A DNA stretch of 24,000 nucleotides from Coriobacteriaceae bacterium. GTDB lineage: Bacteria > Actinomycetota > Coriobacteriia > Coriobacteriales > UMGS124. The DNA lies in NCBI GenBank assembly GCA_019420325.1, contig JAHZHK010000002.1, positions 10,102 through 34,101 of the forward strand, read 5' to 3'. Below, in pieces: positions 16,341-23,769 of the stretch. The notes below the pieces were generated by a model, which saw only the letters and a program-made list of their open reading frames with translations, made no database searches and was not told the DNA's origin. Within the stretch, counting starts at the first letter, position 1; each line of letters begins with the position of its first letter. The position numbers and the translations under genes are program-made.

Positions 16341-17852
16341 GTGGATATAAACGAATGGCTTGTCAAGGTGACAGGCGATATCGACGGCTTCATGTACACC
16401 TACATCCTGTTGGCGCTGCTTGTGTTCACGGGTATCTGGTACACGATTCGTACCCGCGCGGTGCAGATTCGCTATATCAAGGACATGTTCACCCAGCTTA
16501 CCGAGAAGAAGCACGTTGAGGGCGGGCACGCCATCTCGTCGTTCCAGGCGCTGATGGTGTCCACGGCGAGCCGTGTGGGCACGGGCAACATCGCCGGCGT
16601 CGCCACCGCCGTCGCCACCGGTGGCCCGGGTGCCGTTTTCTGGATGTGGGTCATGGCGCTCGTGGGCGCCGCCTCGGCCTTCATCGAGTCCACGCTCGCC
16701 CAGATCTTCAAGGTGAGGGGCAAGGACGGCGAGTTCCGCGGAGGCCCCGCCTACTACATCGAGCAGGGCCTGGGGCATCGCTGGCTCGGCGTCGTCTTCG
16801 CCGTGCTGCTCATCCTGTGCTTCGCGTTCGGTTTCAACGGCCTGCAGGCATTCAATGCGGCCAGCTCGCTTGAGTACTATACGGGCAAGGGCGCTCTCGG
16901 CCACAAGGCCGCCATTGCCTGCGGCATCGTGCTTGCCGTCATGACGGCGTTCGTCATCTTCGGCGGTGCGCGCCGCATCAGCGTCATCACCTCGATTATC
17001 GTGCCCGTCATGGCGCTTGTCTACATCGCCATTGCTATGTGGACCACGTTCTCTAACATCACCGACCTGCCTGCCGTCTTCGGCCTCATGTTCGCCTCGG
17101 CCTTCGACTGGCAGTCCATCTTCGGCGGATTCGCCGGTTCGGTCGTCATGCTGGGCATCAAGCGCGGCCTGTACTCCAACGAGGCCGGTATGGGCTCCGC
17201 GCCCAACGCCGCCGCCACCGCGAGCGTTTCCCACCCCGTGAAGCAGGGCCTCGTGCAGAGTCTGTCCGTCTACATCGACACGCTGGTCATCTGCACCTGC
17301 TCGGCGATGATGGTCCTCGTGTTCTATGTGCAGAACCCGGCTGCCGCCGAGGGTCTCAACGGCATGCCTCTCGTGCAGATGGCCGTGAACAACGCGGTGG
17401 GCGAGTGGGGTATCCACGTCATCACGTTCGCCATCTTCGCATTCGCCTTCTCGAGCCTCATCGGCAACTACTTCTACGCCGAGGGCAACCTGCGCTTCAT
17501 CAAGGACGGCAGCCCCGTGCTGCTTACCGTGTTCCGCCTTGCCTGTATCGTTTTCATCTACCTCGGTGCCGTCAACAGCTTCGACCTTGCCTGGAACCTG
17601 GCCGACATCTTCATGGGCTTTATGGCCATCATGAACCTCATCGCCATCCTGCTGCTGGGCAAGTGGGCCATCCGCGCGCTCGACGACTACACGGCGCAAC
17701 GCAACGCCGGCAAGGACCCGGTGTTCGTGGCCGATTCCATCGAGGGCCTGCCCGTCACCCAGTGCTGGCATGTGGGCGAGGGAGACCTCAAGGACGTGGG
17801 TCCCGAGCCGGTGAAGCAGTTCTGGCGCGAGTCGATTGACCCGGAGCAGTAA
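16341..17852 (+). CDS. alanine/glycine:cation symporter (AGCS family)
   Basis: AGCS signature SSFQALMVSTASRVGTGNIAGVATAVATGGPGAVFWMW with multiple TM helices. GTG start 16341 has an AGAGGGGG SD. The track ATG 16272 falls right after the upstream terminator. Confidence 0.9.
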   Translation: MDINEWLVKVTGDIDGFMYTYILLALLVFTGIWYTIRTRAVQIRYIKDMFTQLTEKKHVEGGHAISSFQALMVSTASRVGTGNIAGVATAVATGGPGAVFWMWVMALVGAASAFIESTLAQIFKVRGKDGEFRGGPAYYIEQGLGHRWLGVVFAVLLILCFAFGFNGLQAFNAASSLEYYTGKGALGHKAAIACGIVLAVMTAFVIFGGARRISVITSIIVPVMALVYIAIAMWTTFSNITDLPAVFGLMFASAFDWQSIFGGFAGSVVMLGIKRGLYSNEAGMGSAPNAAATASVSHPVKQGLVQSLSVYIDTLVICTCSAMMVLVFYVQNPAAAEGLNGMPLVQMAVNNAVGEWGIHVITFAIFAFAFSSLIGNYFYAEGNLRFIKDGSPVLLTVFRLACIVFIYLGAVNSFDLAWNLADIFMGFMAIMNLIAILLLGKWAIRALDDYTAQRNAGKDPVFVADSIEGLPVTQCWHVGEGDLKDVGPEPVKQFWRESIDPEQ

Positions 17853-17893
17853 GAGCGCCTGGCTGAGTCGCTCAACATACGCGTGTTCCCTGT

Positions 17894-17924
17894 GCGGCAC
17901 CCTTTGCGGGGTGCCGCTCTTTGT
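17894..17924 (+). terminator. rho-independent terminator after the symporter
   Basis: 9-bp stem GCGGCACCC / GGGTGCCGC, 6-nt loop, then TCTTTGT. Confidence 0.65.
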
Positions 17925-17997
17925 ATACGGCCTGCTACCATAGGTGGCGCATGAAGACTGTGGAGGGTGCCCTATGTGGGCCCAGAGAGGATGTGCA

Positions 17998-18606
17998 ATG
18001 AGCGAGAAGAAGACGGTGGTCGTCGCCAGCAACAACGCCCACAAGATCGAGGAGATCCGCGCGATTCTGGGCGCGGTGCTGCCCGACGCCGAGTTCAAGG
18101 CGATGGGCGAGATCGGCGGGCTTCCCGAGCCCGAGGAGACGGGCACGACCTTCGAGGAAAACGCCTTCATCAAGGCGCAGACCATCCACGACCTCACCGG
18201 CCTGCCCACGGTGGCCGACGACTCGGGCCTCGTGGTGGACGCCCTCGACGGGGCGCCGGGCGTCTATTCGGCCCGCTATTGCGGTGTGCACGGGGACGAC
18301 GCCGCCAACAACGCGAAGCTGTTGCGCGAGATGGAGGGCGTGCCGCAGGAGAAGCGCACGGCCCGCTTTATGAGCTGCGTGACCTATGTCGACGCCGACG
18401 TGCGTACCTGCGGTATCGGCTCGTGCGAGGGCGTCGTGGGTTTCGAGGGCCGAGGCACCAACGGTTTCGGCTACGACCCGCTCTTCTGGCCCGAGGACAC
18501 GCCCGGCAAGACCATGGCAGAGCTCACGCCCGAGGAGAAGAACGCCATCTCGCACCGCAAGCACGCCATCGAGGCGCTCGCCCAGGAGCTCGCGAAGCTC
18601 GGATAG
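17998..18606 (+). CDS. rdgB: non-canonical purine NTP pyrophosphatase (dITP/XTP pyrophosphatase, RdgB/HAM1 family)
   Basis: Motifs VVASNNAHKIEEI, TFEENAFIKA, ADDSGLVVDAL, GFGYDPLF and ISHR. Start set at ATG 17998 (MSEKKTVVVA). Confidence 0.9.
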   Translation: MSEKKTVVVASNNAHKIEEIRAILGAVLPDAEFKAMGEIGGLPEPEETGTTFEENAFIKAQTIHDLTGLPTVADDSGLVVDALDGAPGVYSARYCGVHGDDAANNAKLLREMEGVPQEKRTARFMSCVTYVDADVRTCGIGSCEGVVGFEGRGTNGFGYDPLFWPEDTPGKTMAELTPEEKNAISHRKHAIEALAQELAKLG

Positions 18607-18608
18607 GT

Positions 18609-18648
18609 GCGCCTTATACGCAAAACGCAAACGTATGCGCGTTTTTTT
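18609..18648 (+). terminator. terminator after rdgB
   Basis: GCGC(ctt)ATACG / CGTATGCGC stem with a 3-nt bulge, followed by G + T7 (18642-18648). Confidence 0.6.
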
Positions 18649-18697
18649 GAGGCTTTCCTGGGGAAACGCCGAAAAAAGCAGCGTACGTTTGCGTTTT
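18622..18697. repeat. 14-bp perfect inverted repeat enclosing a T7-hairpin-A6 element between convergent rdgB and dtd
   Basis: AAAACGCAAACGTA (18622-18635) and TACGTTTGCGTTTT (18684-18697). The inner hairpin is GGCTTTCC-TGG-GGAAACGCC. Confidence 0.6.
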
Positions 18698-18747
18698 AAT
18701 GCGAGAGGGGTCTGTATTGTGCGTTGTGCGGCGCGTCGGGTGGCGGC

Positions 18748-19194
18748 CTAGAGCTGCTCGGTGTCGAGCCAGATGGTGAAGGGGCCGGAGTTCACGAGGC
18801 TCACCTGCATATCGGCACCGAACTCGCCTGTCTGCACCTCGCCCATGTCGGTGCGTACCATCTCGCAAAAGCGCTCGTAGAGGGCGCGCGCGGTGTCGGG
18901 GGCGCCGGCGGAGGTGAACGAGGGGCGGTTGCCGTGCTTGCAGTCGGCGTAGAGCGTGAACTGGCTCACCACGAGCACCTGGCCGTCCACGTCGGCCAGC
19001 GAACGGTTCGTCTTGCCCGCCTCGTCCTCGAAGATGCGCAGCTTGCGAATCTTGTCCCAGAGCTTGTGAGCGACTGCCTCGTCGTCTGCCTGTCCCACAC
19101 CGAGAAGGATAAGGTAGCCGCGCCCGATGCGGCCGACCGTTGCGCCCGCGATGTCGACCTGTGCCTGTTCCACGCGCTGGATGAGTGCTCGCAT
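18748..19194 (-). CDS. dtd: D-aminoacyl-tRNA deacylase
   Basis: 148 aa: MRALIQRV..., [27 protein letters not shown]. Start at ATG 19194 with an AAGGA SD. The track ORF start 19443 is an upstream extension. Confidence 0.9.
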   Translation of the reverse strand: MRALIQRVEQAQVDIAGATVGRIGRGYLILLGVGQADDEAVAHKLWDKIRKLRIFEDEAGKTNRSLADVDGQVLVVSQFTLYADCKHGNRPSFTSAGAPDTARALYERFCEMVRTDMGEVQTGEFGADMQVSLVNSGPFTIWLDTEQL

Positions 19195-19250
19195 GTGCGT
19201 CCTTTCAAAGTCGTCGTTGCCGGCAGACATGATACCAACGCTCGACACAA

Positions 19251-19283
19251 AGAGCCCCGCCTTCACAGGGAAGACGGGGCTCT
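19251..19283 (-). terminator. possible terminator after flavoprotein 2
   Basis: 9-bp stem AGAGCCCCG / CGGGGCTCT with a 15-nt loop. On the minus strand it is followed only by TTGTGT, a weak U-tract. Confidence 0.4.
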
Positions 19284-19339
19284 GTGCGCATTGGGGGATG
19301 CGCGGAGGGGATTGTCGTGCGAGGGATTGTCGTCGTGCC

Positions 19340-21151
19340 TTACGCCAGGGCGTTGGCAGCGGCGGACTGGCCGGCGATGCGGCCGAAGACGATGATGTCG
19401 GTGAAGGAGTTGCCGCCCAGACGGTTGCCGCCCTGGACGCCACCCGTGCACTCGCCGGCAGCGAAGAGGTTGGCGATGGGGGTGCCGTCCTCCTTGGTCA
19501 CCTGAGCGTCGGTGTTGATGGCCAAGCCACCCATGGTGTAGTGAATCGTGGGGATGCGCTTGGAGGCGTAGAAGGGGCCGTCCTCGACCTTGTCGCCCAG
19601 GAGCTTCTTGCCGGGGTCGACCATGGTGTCCTCGCCGGCGTCGATGACCGCGTTGTAGCCGTCGATGGTCTCCTCGAGGGTGGCGGGGTCGAGCTCGATC
19701 TGCTCGGCCAGGTCGGCGATGGTGTCGGCCTGGAAGCTGTGGCCGGTGGCCACGAGGTCGGCGATCTCGTCGAGACGGTCGTCGGTGATGTCGGTGGAGT
19801 CGACGATGAGCCACATCTCGTCGTTGGTCTGCTCAAGGATGGCGTTGGCGATCTCGTCGCGGCGGCCGTCCTCGGCGGTGAAGCGCTTGGCCTCGTCGTT
19901 CACCATGACGTAGTCCTCAACGCCCAGCCAGTTGCCCACGAAGGTGGCCACGCCGCCGTTCTGGGGGTCGCCGAGCGGGTGGATCTGCACGAGCTCCATG
20001 TTCTTGAGGCCGGCACCGATCTCCTGAGCCATGGGGATGGCGTCGCCGGTGGCGCTCACGTTGCAGGAGGAGGGCATGGTCTCGGTCACGCGGGTGTCGT
20101 ACTGCATGGCGAGCTGGGGGTTGCGGGCATAGCCGCCGGTAGCCATGACAACGGACTTGGCGGTGACGGTAACAGGGTTGCCGGAGGAGACGCGCGAGCC
20201 CGTGACGCCCGTGACGTTGCCGTCGGCGTCGGTGGAGATGGCCTCAACCTTGGCGTCGGTGTAGTACTTCACGCCCAGGCGAGTGGCGCAGTCCATGAGG
20301 CAGCTCACGTAGTAGGCGCCGCCCTGCTGGCCCATCTTCTGAACCTTGATGGAGTGGCCGCGCTGCCACTTGCCACCGATTGCCGTGAAGACCTCGTCGT
20401 TGAAGACCAGGCCGTGGGCCTCCATCCAGTGAATGCCGTCGAGGGCGTTGTCGGCCAGGATATGCACGAGCTCGGGGTCGGCCTTCTCGTCGCCGCCCTC
20501 GTAGGTGTCCTCAAAGAACTTGTCGGCGCTGTCCTCGATGCCCATGGGGTCCTGGCGCTCGGGGTCGGGGGAGTTGAAGGTACCCTCGCCGCAGTTGGTG
20601 TTGCCGCCGTAGATGTCCATCTTGTCGAGCAGGATGACCTTGGCGCCAGCCTCGGCAGCGGAGACGGCAGCGGCCATGCCAGCGCCGCCCGTACCCACGA
20701 TCACGACGTCGCACTCCTCCTCGATGGCAGGCGCGGGCTCAAGGCCGCTCTCGGCGTCCTCGAGGGCGTCAACGTCGGCACCGGCCTGCTCGTAGGCGTC
20801 GGCCAGGGCAGACTTAAAGCCGAAGGAAGTGAGGGTGGCGCCGGTCACGGAGTCGAGGTTGAGCGTCTGGGACTCAAGGGCGCGCTGCGTCAGGATCTCG
20901 ATGGCAGCGTCGCCGATGTTCTTGGACTCGTCGGAGCGGGCGACGATGGCGCAGAGCTTGCCGTCCTTGAACGTGGCCTCAAGATCGATGTCGCCGTTGC
21001 GGCCGGTGCCGGTGGCGGCGTAGGTGCCGTCGACGATGGAGGAAGCGGCCTGATCGGCCTTGGCGAGCTGGACGCCGCCCATGGCTGCGACGGCGGCGAG
21101 GCCGGCTGCGCCGGCGACGAACTGACGACGGGTGGAAGTAGCGATAAACAT
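19340..21151 (-). CDS. Tat-exported flavin reductase: FMN-binding domain + FAD-dependent fumarate/urocanate-reductase-like domain
   Basis: Tat signal [36 protein letters not shown]_bind-type domain with flavinylation motif [11 protein letters not shown]. Canonical [30 protein letters not shown]. Catalytic-type blocks [27 protein letters not shown] and [10 protein letters not shown]. Start at ATG 21151 (AAAGGGG SD). Confidence 0.88.
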   Translation of the reverse strand: MFIATSTRRQFVAGAAGLAAVAAMGGVQLAKADQAASSIVDGTYAATGTGRNGDIDLEATFKDGKLCAIVARSDESKNIGDAAIEILTQRALESQTLNLDSVTGATLTSFGFKSALADAYEQAGADVDALEDAESGLEPAPAIEEECDVVIVGTGGAGMAAAVSAAEAGAKVILLDKMDIYGGNTNCGEGTFNSPDPERQDPMGIEDSADKFFEDTYEGGDEKADPELVHILADNALDGIHWMEAHGLVFNDEVFTAIGGKWQRGHSIKVQKMGQQGGAYYVSCLMDCATRLGVKYYTDAKVEAISTDADGNVTGVTGSRVSSGNPVTVTAKSVVMATGGYARNPQLAMQYDTRVTETMPSSCNVSATGDAIPMAQEIGAGLKNMELVQIHPLGDPQNGGVATFVGNWLGVEDYVMVNDEAKRFTAEDGRRDEIANAILEQTNDEMWLIVDSTDITDDRLDEIADLVATGHSFQADTIADLAEQIELDPATLEETIDGYNAVIDAGEDTMVDPGKKLLGDKVEDGPFYASKRIPTIHYTMGGLAINTDAQVTKEDGTPIANLFAAGECTGGVQGGNRLGGNSFTDIIVFGRIAGQSAAANALA

Positions 21152-21227
21152 GTGGACCCCTTTCGACACTGACTTTGACGTGCATTGCCTGATGGATGTC
21201 GCTTGGCTCGGCGCCTGTGCTGCGGTC

Positions 21228-21288
21228 GCCTTGCACCCCCTGCCTTGCGTTCGGGGTGCGTGTGCCTCAAGCGCTGCGCCTTGCTTTG
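21228..21288 (-). promoter_or_regulatory. three copies of the GCAAGGC(A/G) motif in the flavoprotein-2 leader
   Basis: The minus strand reads CAAAGCAAGGCG (21288-21277), AGGCACACGC (21267-21258), AACGCAAGGCA (21251-21241) and GTGCAAGGCG (GCAAGGC = 21234-21228). Confidence 0.35.
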
Positions 21289-21424
21289 CTGACTCGTACA
21301 ATGCGCCGAAAACGCCGGTGCCGAAATTGCACGAACGGTGTGGTTGTTGGTTTTGCCTCTCGCACACCTTTGGTGTGAGTCTCATCATGCCTGGTAGATT
21401 GATGTGTCAAGCCAAAAGGTGGCG

Positions 21425-21469
21425 AAAAAGAAATCCGCCGCTCCCTCGTGGTGCGAAGGGGCGGCGGAT
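21425..21469 (-). terminator. rho-independent terminator after LuxR regulator 2
   Basis: The minus strand reads ATCCGCCGC ... GCGGCGGAT (perfect 9 bp, with an inner CCCT/AGGG helix) followed by TTCTTTTT, about 70 nt after the regulator stop. Confidence 0.75.
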
Positions 21470-21538
21470 GCGTGCAGGGGGTCGCGCAGGGTTCGAAACG
21501 GGTCGCAAGACCCCGATATGTGTCGTATTTTCGAGCGC

Positions 21539-22969
21539 CTATTTTTGACTTTCGGCCATCTGATCCATGAGCAGATCGAGCAACTCTTGCTTGGAATGGA
21601 CGCCCACTTTCGTGTACAGGTGGCGGGCGTGGCTGCGCACCGTGTTCTCCGAGATGCATAGGCTCTCTGCGATGTAGCCCTTCGAGCGGCCCTTGCAGAT
21701 GAGTTCCATGACCTCAAGCTCGCGGTCGGTGAGGCCGGAGTCGTGCCCGAGGCGCTTGCATGCGTCGCCGAGCGCGTCGAAAAGCGCCGGGGGCACGGGA
21801 GGCTTCTCGAGGTCGGCAAAGACGCGTCCCGCTGAGAAATCGCGCTCGTCGAGCATGAAGATGCTGACCATGGCAAGCAGGTACACGATGACGGAGACGA
21901 GCGAGGTCATGGCAACGCTCGTGGTGAAGAGACCGCCGAGCGCGCGTCCCACGGGGAAGGGCAGGCAGTACGCCGTCCAGCCCATGGCGAACACGGCCAA
22001 GGGGTTGATGGTGCTGCGGTGAGCCACGTCGGCGAGGAACGCCCACAGCAGCATGACCACGAGCGTCTGCCCCACAGCCACGAAGACGAGTGCCCAGCCC
22101 GAGAAGGCACGGCCGAAAAGGGGCAGTGCGAGCACGCCCGTCGCCGTGAACACGAGCGTGGCGCGCCATAGGTCGGAGAAGTGCAGCGAGCGGCGCTTGA
22201 CCAGGACAACCCAGATGATGCCGGCGGCGGTGGCGACCTCGAGCAGGTGGTGGACGAGTGAGAGTGCGGCCTTGGGGGCGGGGTCGGCTTCCACATGAAT
22301 GCCCTGCATGATGCCGATGACCAGACCGTATGCGGCGATGCCGAAGAGGATTTTGATGTAGGGGCGCTGCCTGCGTGGGTCGACCAGCACCTCGACCGGC
22401 TTGGCCGGGGGCTGCGCCGCCATGGCGCGCCCGCACAGGATGAACGACGCAAACGGAAGAACCGAGCATACTATGGCGGCCCACGCGTCGGGTATGAGGT
22501 CAATGGGGATTTTGACGAGGCTGCCTATGAGCATTGCCCCGAAGATGCAGGCAAGCGCGTCGCGCGTCTCAAGCGCCGCGTAGAAGAACGACCATTGCAT
22601 GTACGTCCAGCCCATGCCGATGCCGCAGAATACTGCCGCTGCCTGGAGTATCTGTTCGGCGGGAAGTCCTTGGGGCAACGGAAGGACGAGCGCGAGGGTT
22701 CCCAGTGCCATGAGCGTGGCGAGGGGCCAGTTGATCCACGAGAGGGTCTTTGAGGTGGGCTTTGCCAGAAGGGCCCCTATCGTGAGGCCAAGCGTGAAGA
22801 GCGTGAGCGAGATGTAGATGGTGACGGTGAGCGTCATCTGGGGGTGCGCCGCGCTGGCGAGGTGGCAGGCGTCCCAGATCCACACGTGGCCGCACAGGAT
22901 GCCGAAGTAGCACAGGCGCGGGTGCTGCAGTGTGTGGGGAAGAGCTTCGTGGTCTGGAATGAGCGACAT
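21539..22969 (-). CDS. polytopic-membrane LuxR/GerE-family transcriptional regulator (regulator 2, paralogue of 12667-14145)
   Basis: About 10-12 hydrophobic helices followed by LTDRELEVMELICKGRSKGYIAESLCISENTVRSHARHLYTKVGVHSKQELLDL. It shares membrane-domain blocks with regulator 1 (ADVA-H/R-S, GW-x-AY-x-LPF). SD GAGGG lies 6 nt upstream. Confidence 0.85.
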   Translation of the reverse strand: MSLIPDHEALPHTLQHPRLCYFGILCGHVWIWDACHLASAAHPQMTLTVTIYISLTLFTLGLTIGALLAKPTSKTLSWINWPLATLMALGTLALVLPLPQGLPAEQILQAAAVFCGIGMGWTYMQWSFFYAALETRDALACIFGAMLIGSLVKIPIDLIPDAWAAIVCSVLPFASFILCGRAMAAQPPAKPVEVLVDPRRQRPYIKILFGIAAYGLVIGIMQGIHVEADPAPKAALSLVHHLLEVATAAGIIWVVLVKRRSLHFSDLWRATLVFTATGVLALPLFGRAFSGWALVFVAVGQTLVVMLLWAFLADVAHRSTINPLAVFAMGWTAYCLPFPVGRALGGLFTTSVAMTSLVSVIVYLLAMVSIFMLDERDFSAGRVFADLEKPPVPPALFDALGDACKRLGHDSGLTDRELEVMELICKGRSKGYIAESLCISENTVRSHARHLYTKVGVHSKQELLDLLMDQMAESQK

Positions 22970-23209
22970 ATTGTGCCCTCACTTTGGGTTAGCGGTGCAT
23001 GGATGCGGGCAACATGCCATTCTACAACGCTTTTGTTCCATGCTGACGAGAGGTTACGCGGGGCCGAGGCCATGTGTTTGATTGTTTGGGGGCCGCAGTG
23101 TTATCAATCGGTGGCAAAGTCACATTCTCATGCTCTGCGCGCCGCGACGGTCGTACACTGTGCCTTGCAGGGGATGCAAGATTGGAACCTTACGAAAGGA
23201 TGTACGCCC

Positions 23210-23464
23210 ATGTGCACCAACGGCATCAACACCACTCAGTTTGAGCAGCTCATCGACCAGATCGATGACTACGTGGCCCTTCAGGTGCGCCACACCCACA
23301 AGCTTGCCCATGCCGCCGACAACGCCGGCTACGAGAACTGCCACCTGAAGCTGCATGCCGCCTCCGACATGCTCGCTGAGGTACGCAACCTGCTCGACGA
23401 GGCCAAGTTTGCGCTGGAGGATGACGTCAACTCCGTTTCTGCCGTCGACGTTCACGCTGTGTAA
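23210..23464 (+). CDS. hypothetical small protein (84 aa, probably helical)
   Basis: GC3-rich frame MCTNGINTTQFEQLIDQIDDYVALQVRHTHKLAHAADNAGYENCHLKLHAASDMLAEVRNLLDEAKFALEDD.... ATG 23210 has AAAGGA 9 nt upstream; ATG 23174 is an alternative. The gene is divergent from LuxR regulator 2. Confidence 0.5.
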   Translation: MCTNGINTTQFEQLIDQIDDYVALQVRHTHKLAHAADNAGYENCHLKLHAASDMLAEVRNLLDEAKFALEDDVNSVSAVDVHAV

Positions 23465-23717
23465 GTTGCGGAACCTGATGCGCTGCGTTCCGCGGAGTCT
23501 CACGTACGTCCAGTACGCATCGACTCCGCGCGTCTTGCGCATCAGAACCCGCGTTTTAGAGGGTTGCGGAGCCTGATGCGCTGCGTTCTCCACGGGACTC
23601 GTCGCAAAGGGCGCTCCGTGCACAGGAGCTCATGTACTCCAGTACACATCGCACCTGTGCGCCTTGCGGACGAGAACCCGCGCTTTAGAGGGTTGCGGAA
23701 CCTGATGCGCTGCGGTT
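23465..23717 (+). repeat. three copies of a 26-nt direct repeat bracketing two long related hairpins (extragenic structured repeat)
   Basis: GTTGCGGA(A/G)CCTGATGCGCTGCG(T/G)T occurs at 23465, 23563 and 23692. AGAACCCGCG(T/C)TTTAGAGG occurs at 23544 and 23673. Unit 1 stems: CTGATGCGC/GCGCATCAG and CGCGGAGTC/GACTCCGCG. Unit 2 stems: CTCGTCGCAAAGGGCGC/GCGCCTTGCGGACGAG and GTGCACAGG/CCTGTGCGC. Confidence 0.8.
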
Positions 23718-23729
23718 TTTGAGTGCATG

Positions 23730-23767
23730 AAAAAAGCCGCTCGGCTTGTGCTCGGGCGGCTTTTTTT
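23730..23767. terminator. bidirectional rho-independent terminator
   Basis: A6-GCCGCTCGG-cttgtg-CTCGGGCGGC-T7. It serves the plus-strand small-ORF/repeat transcript and the minus-strand VanZ-like gene. Confidence 0.8.
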
Positions 23768-23769
23768 GG

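Noticed and set aside
23502-23647. A GTAC-N(2-4)-AGTAC pattern is shared by the two hairpin loops and the 14233-14247 palindrome, suggesting a common protein-binding site.
   Set aside because: GTAC is a short self-complementary tetramer expected many times in 24 kb, and spacing differs in each case. It is too weak to claim without genome-wide statistics.
23465-23717. CRISPR array; the repeat even contains GTTTTAGAG, reminiscent of type II repeats.
   Set aside because: There are only three copies. The 'spacers' are unequal in length, homologous to each other and strongly self-complementary. No cas genes or leader are present.
23465-23717. Integron attC sites, or a hammerhead ribozyme (CTGATG core).
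   Set aside because: The unit ends (GTTGCGG) do not fit the GTTRRRY / RYYYAAC attC core sites, and there is no intI or cassette ORF. CTGATGC simply forms one arm of a stem, and the rest of the hammerhead core (CUGANGA...GAAA) is absent.
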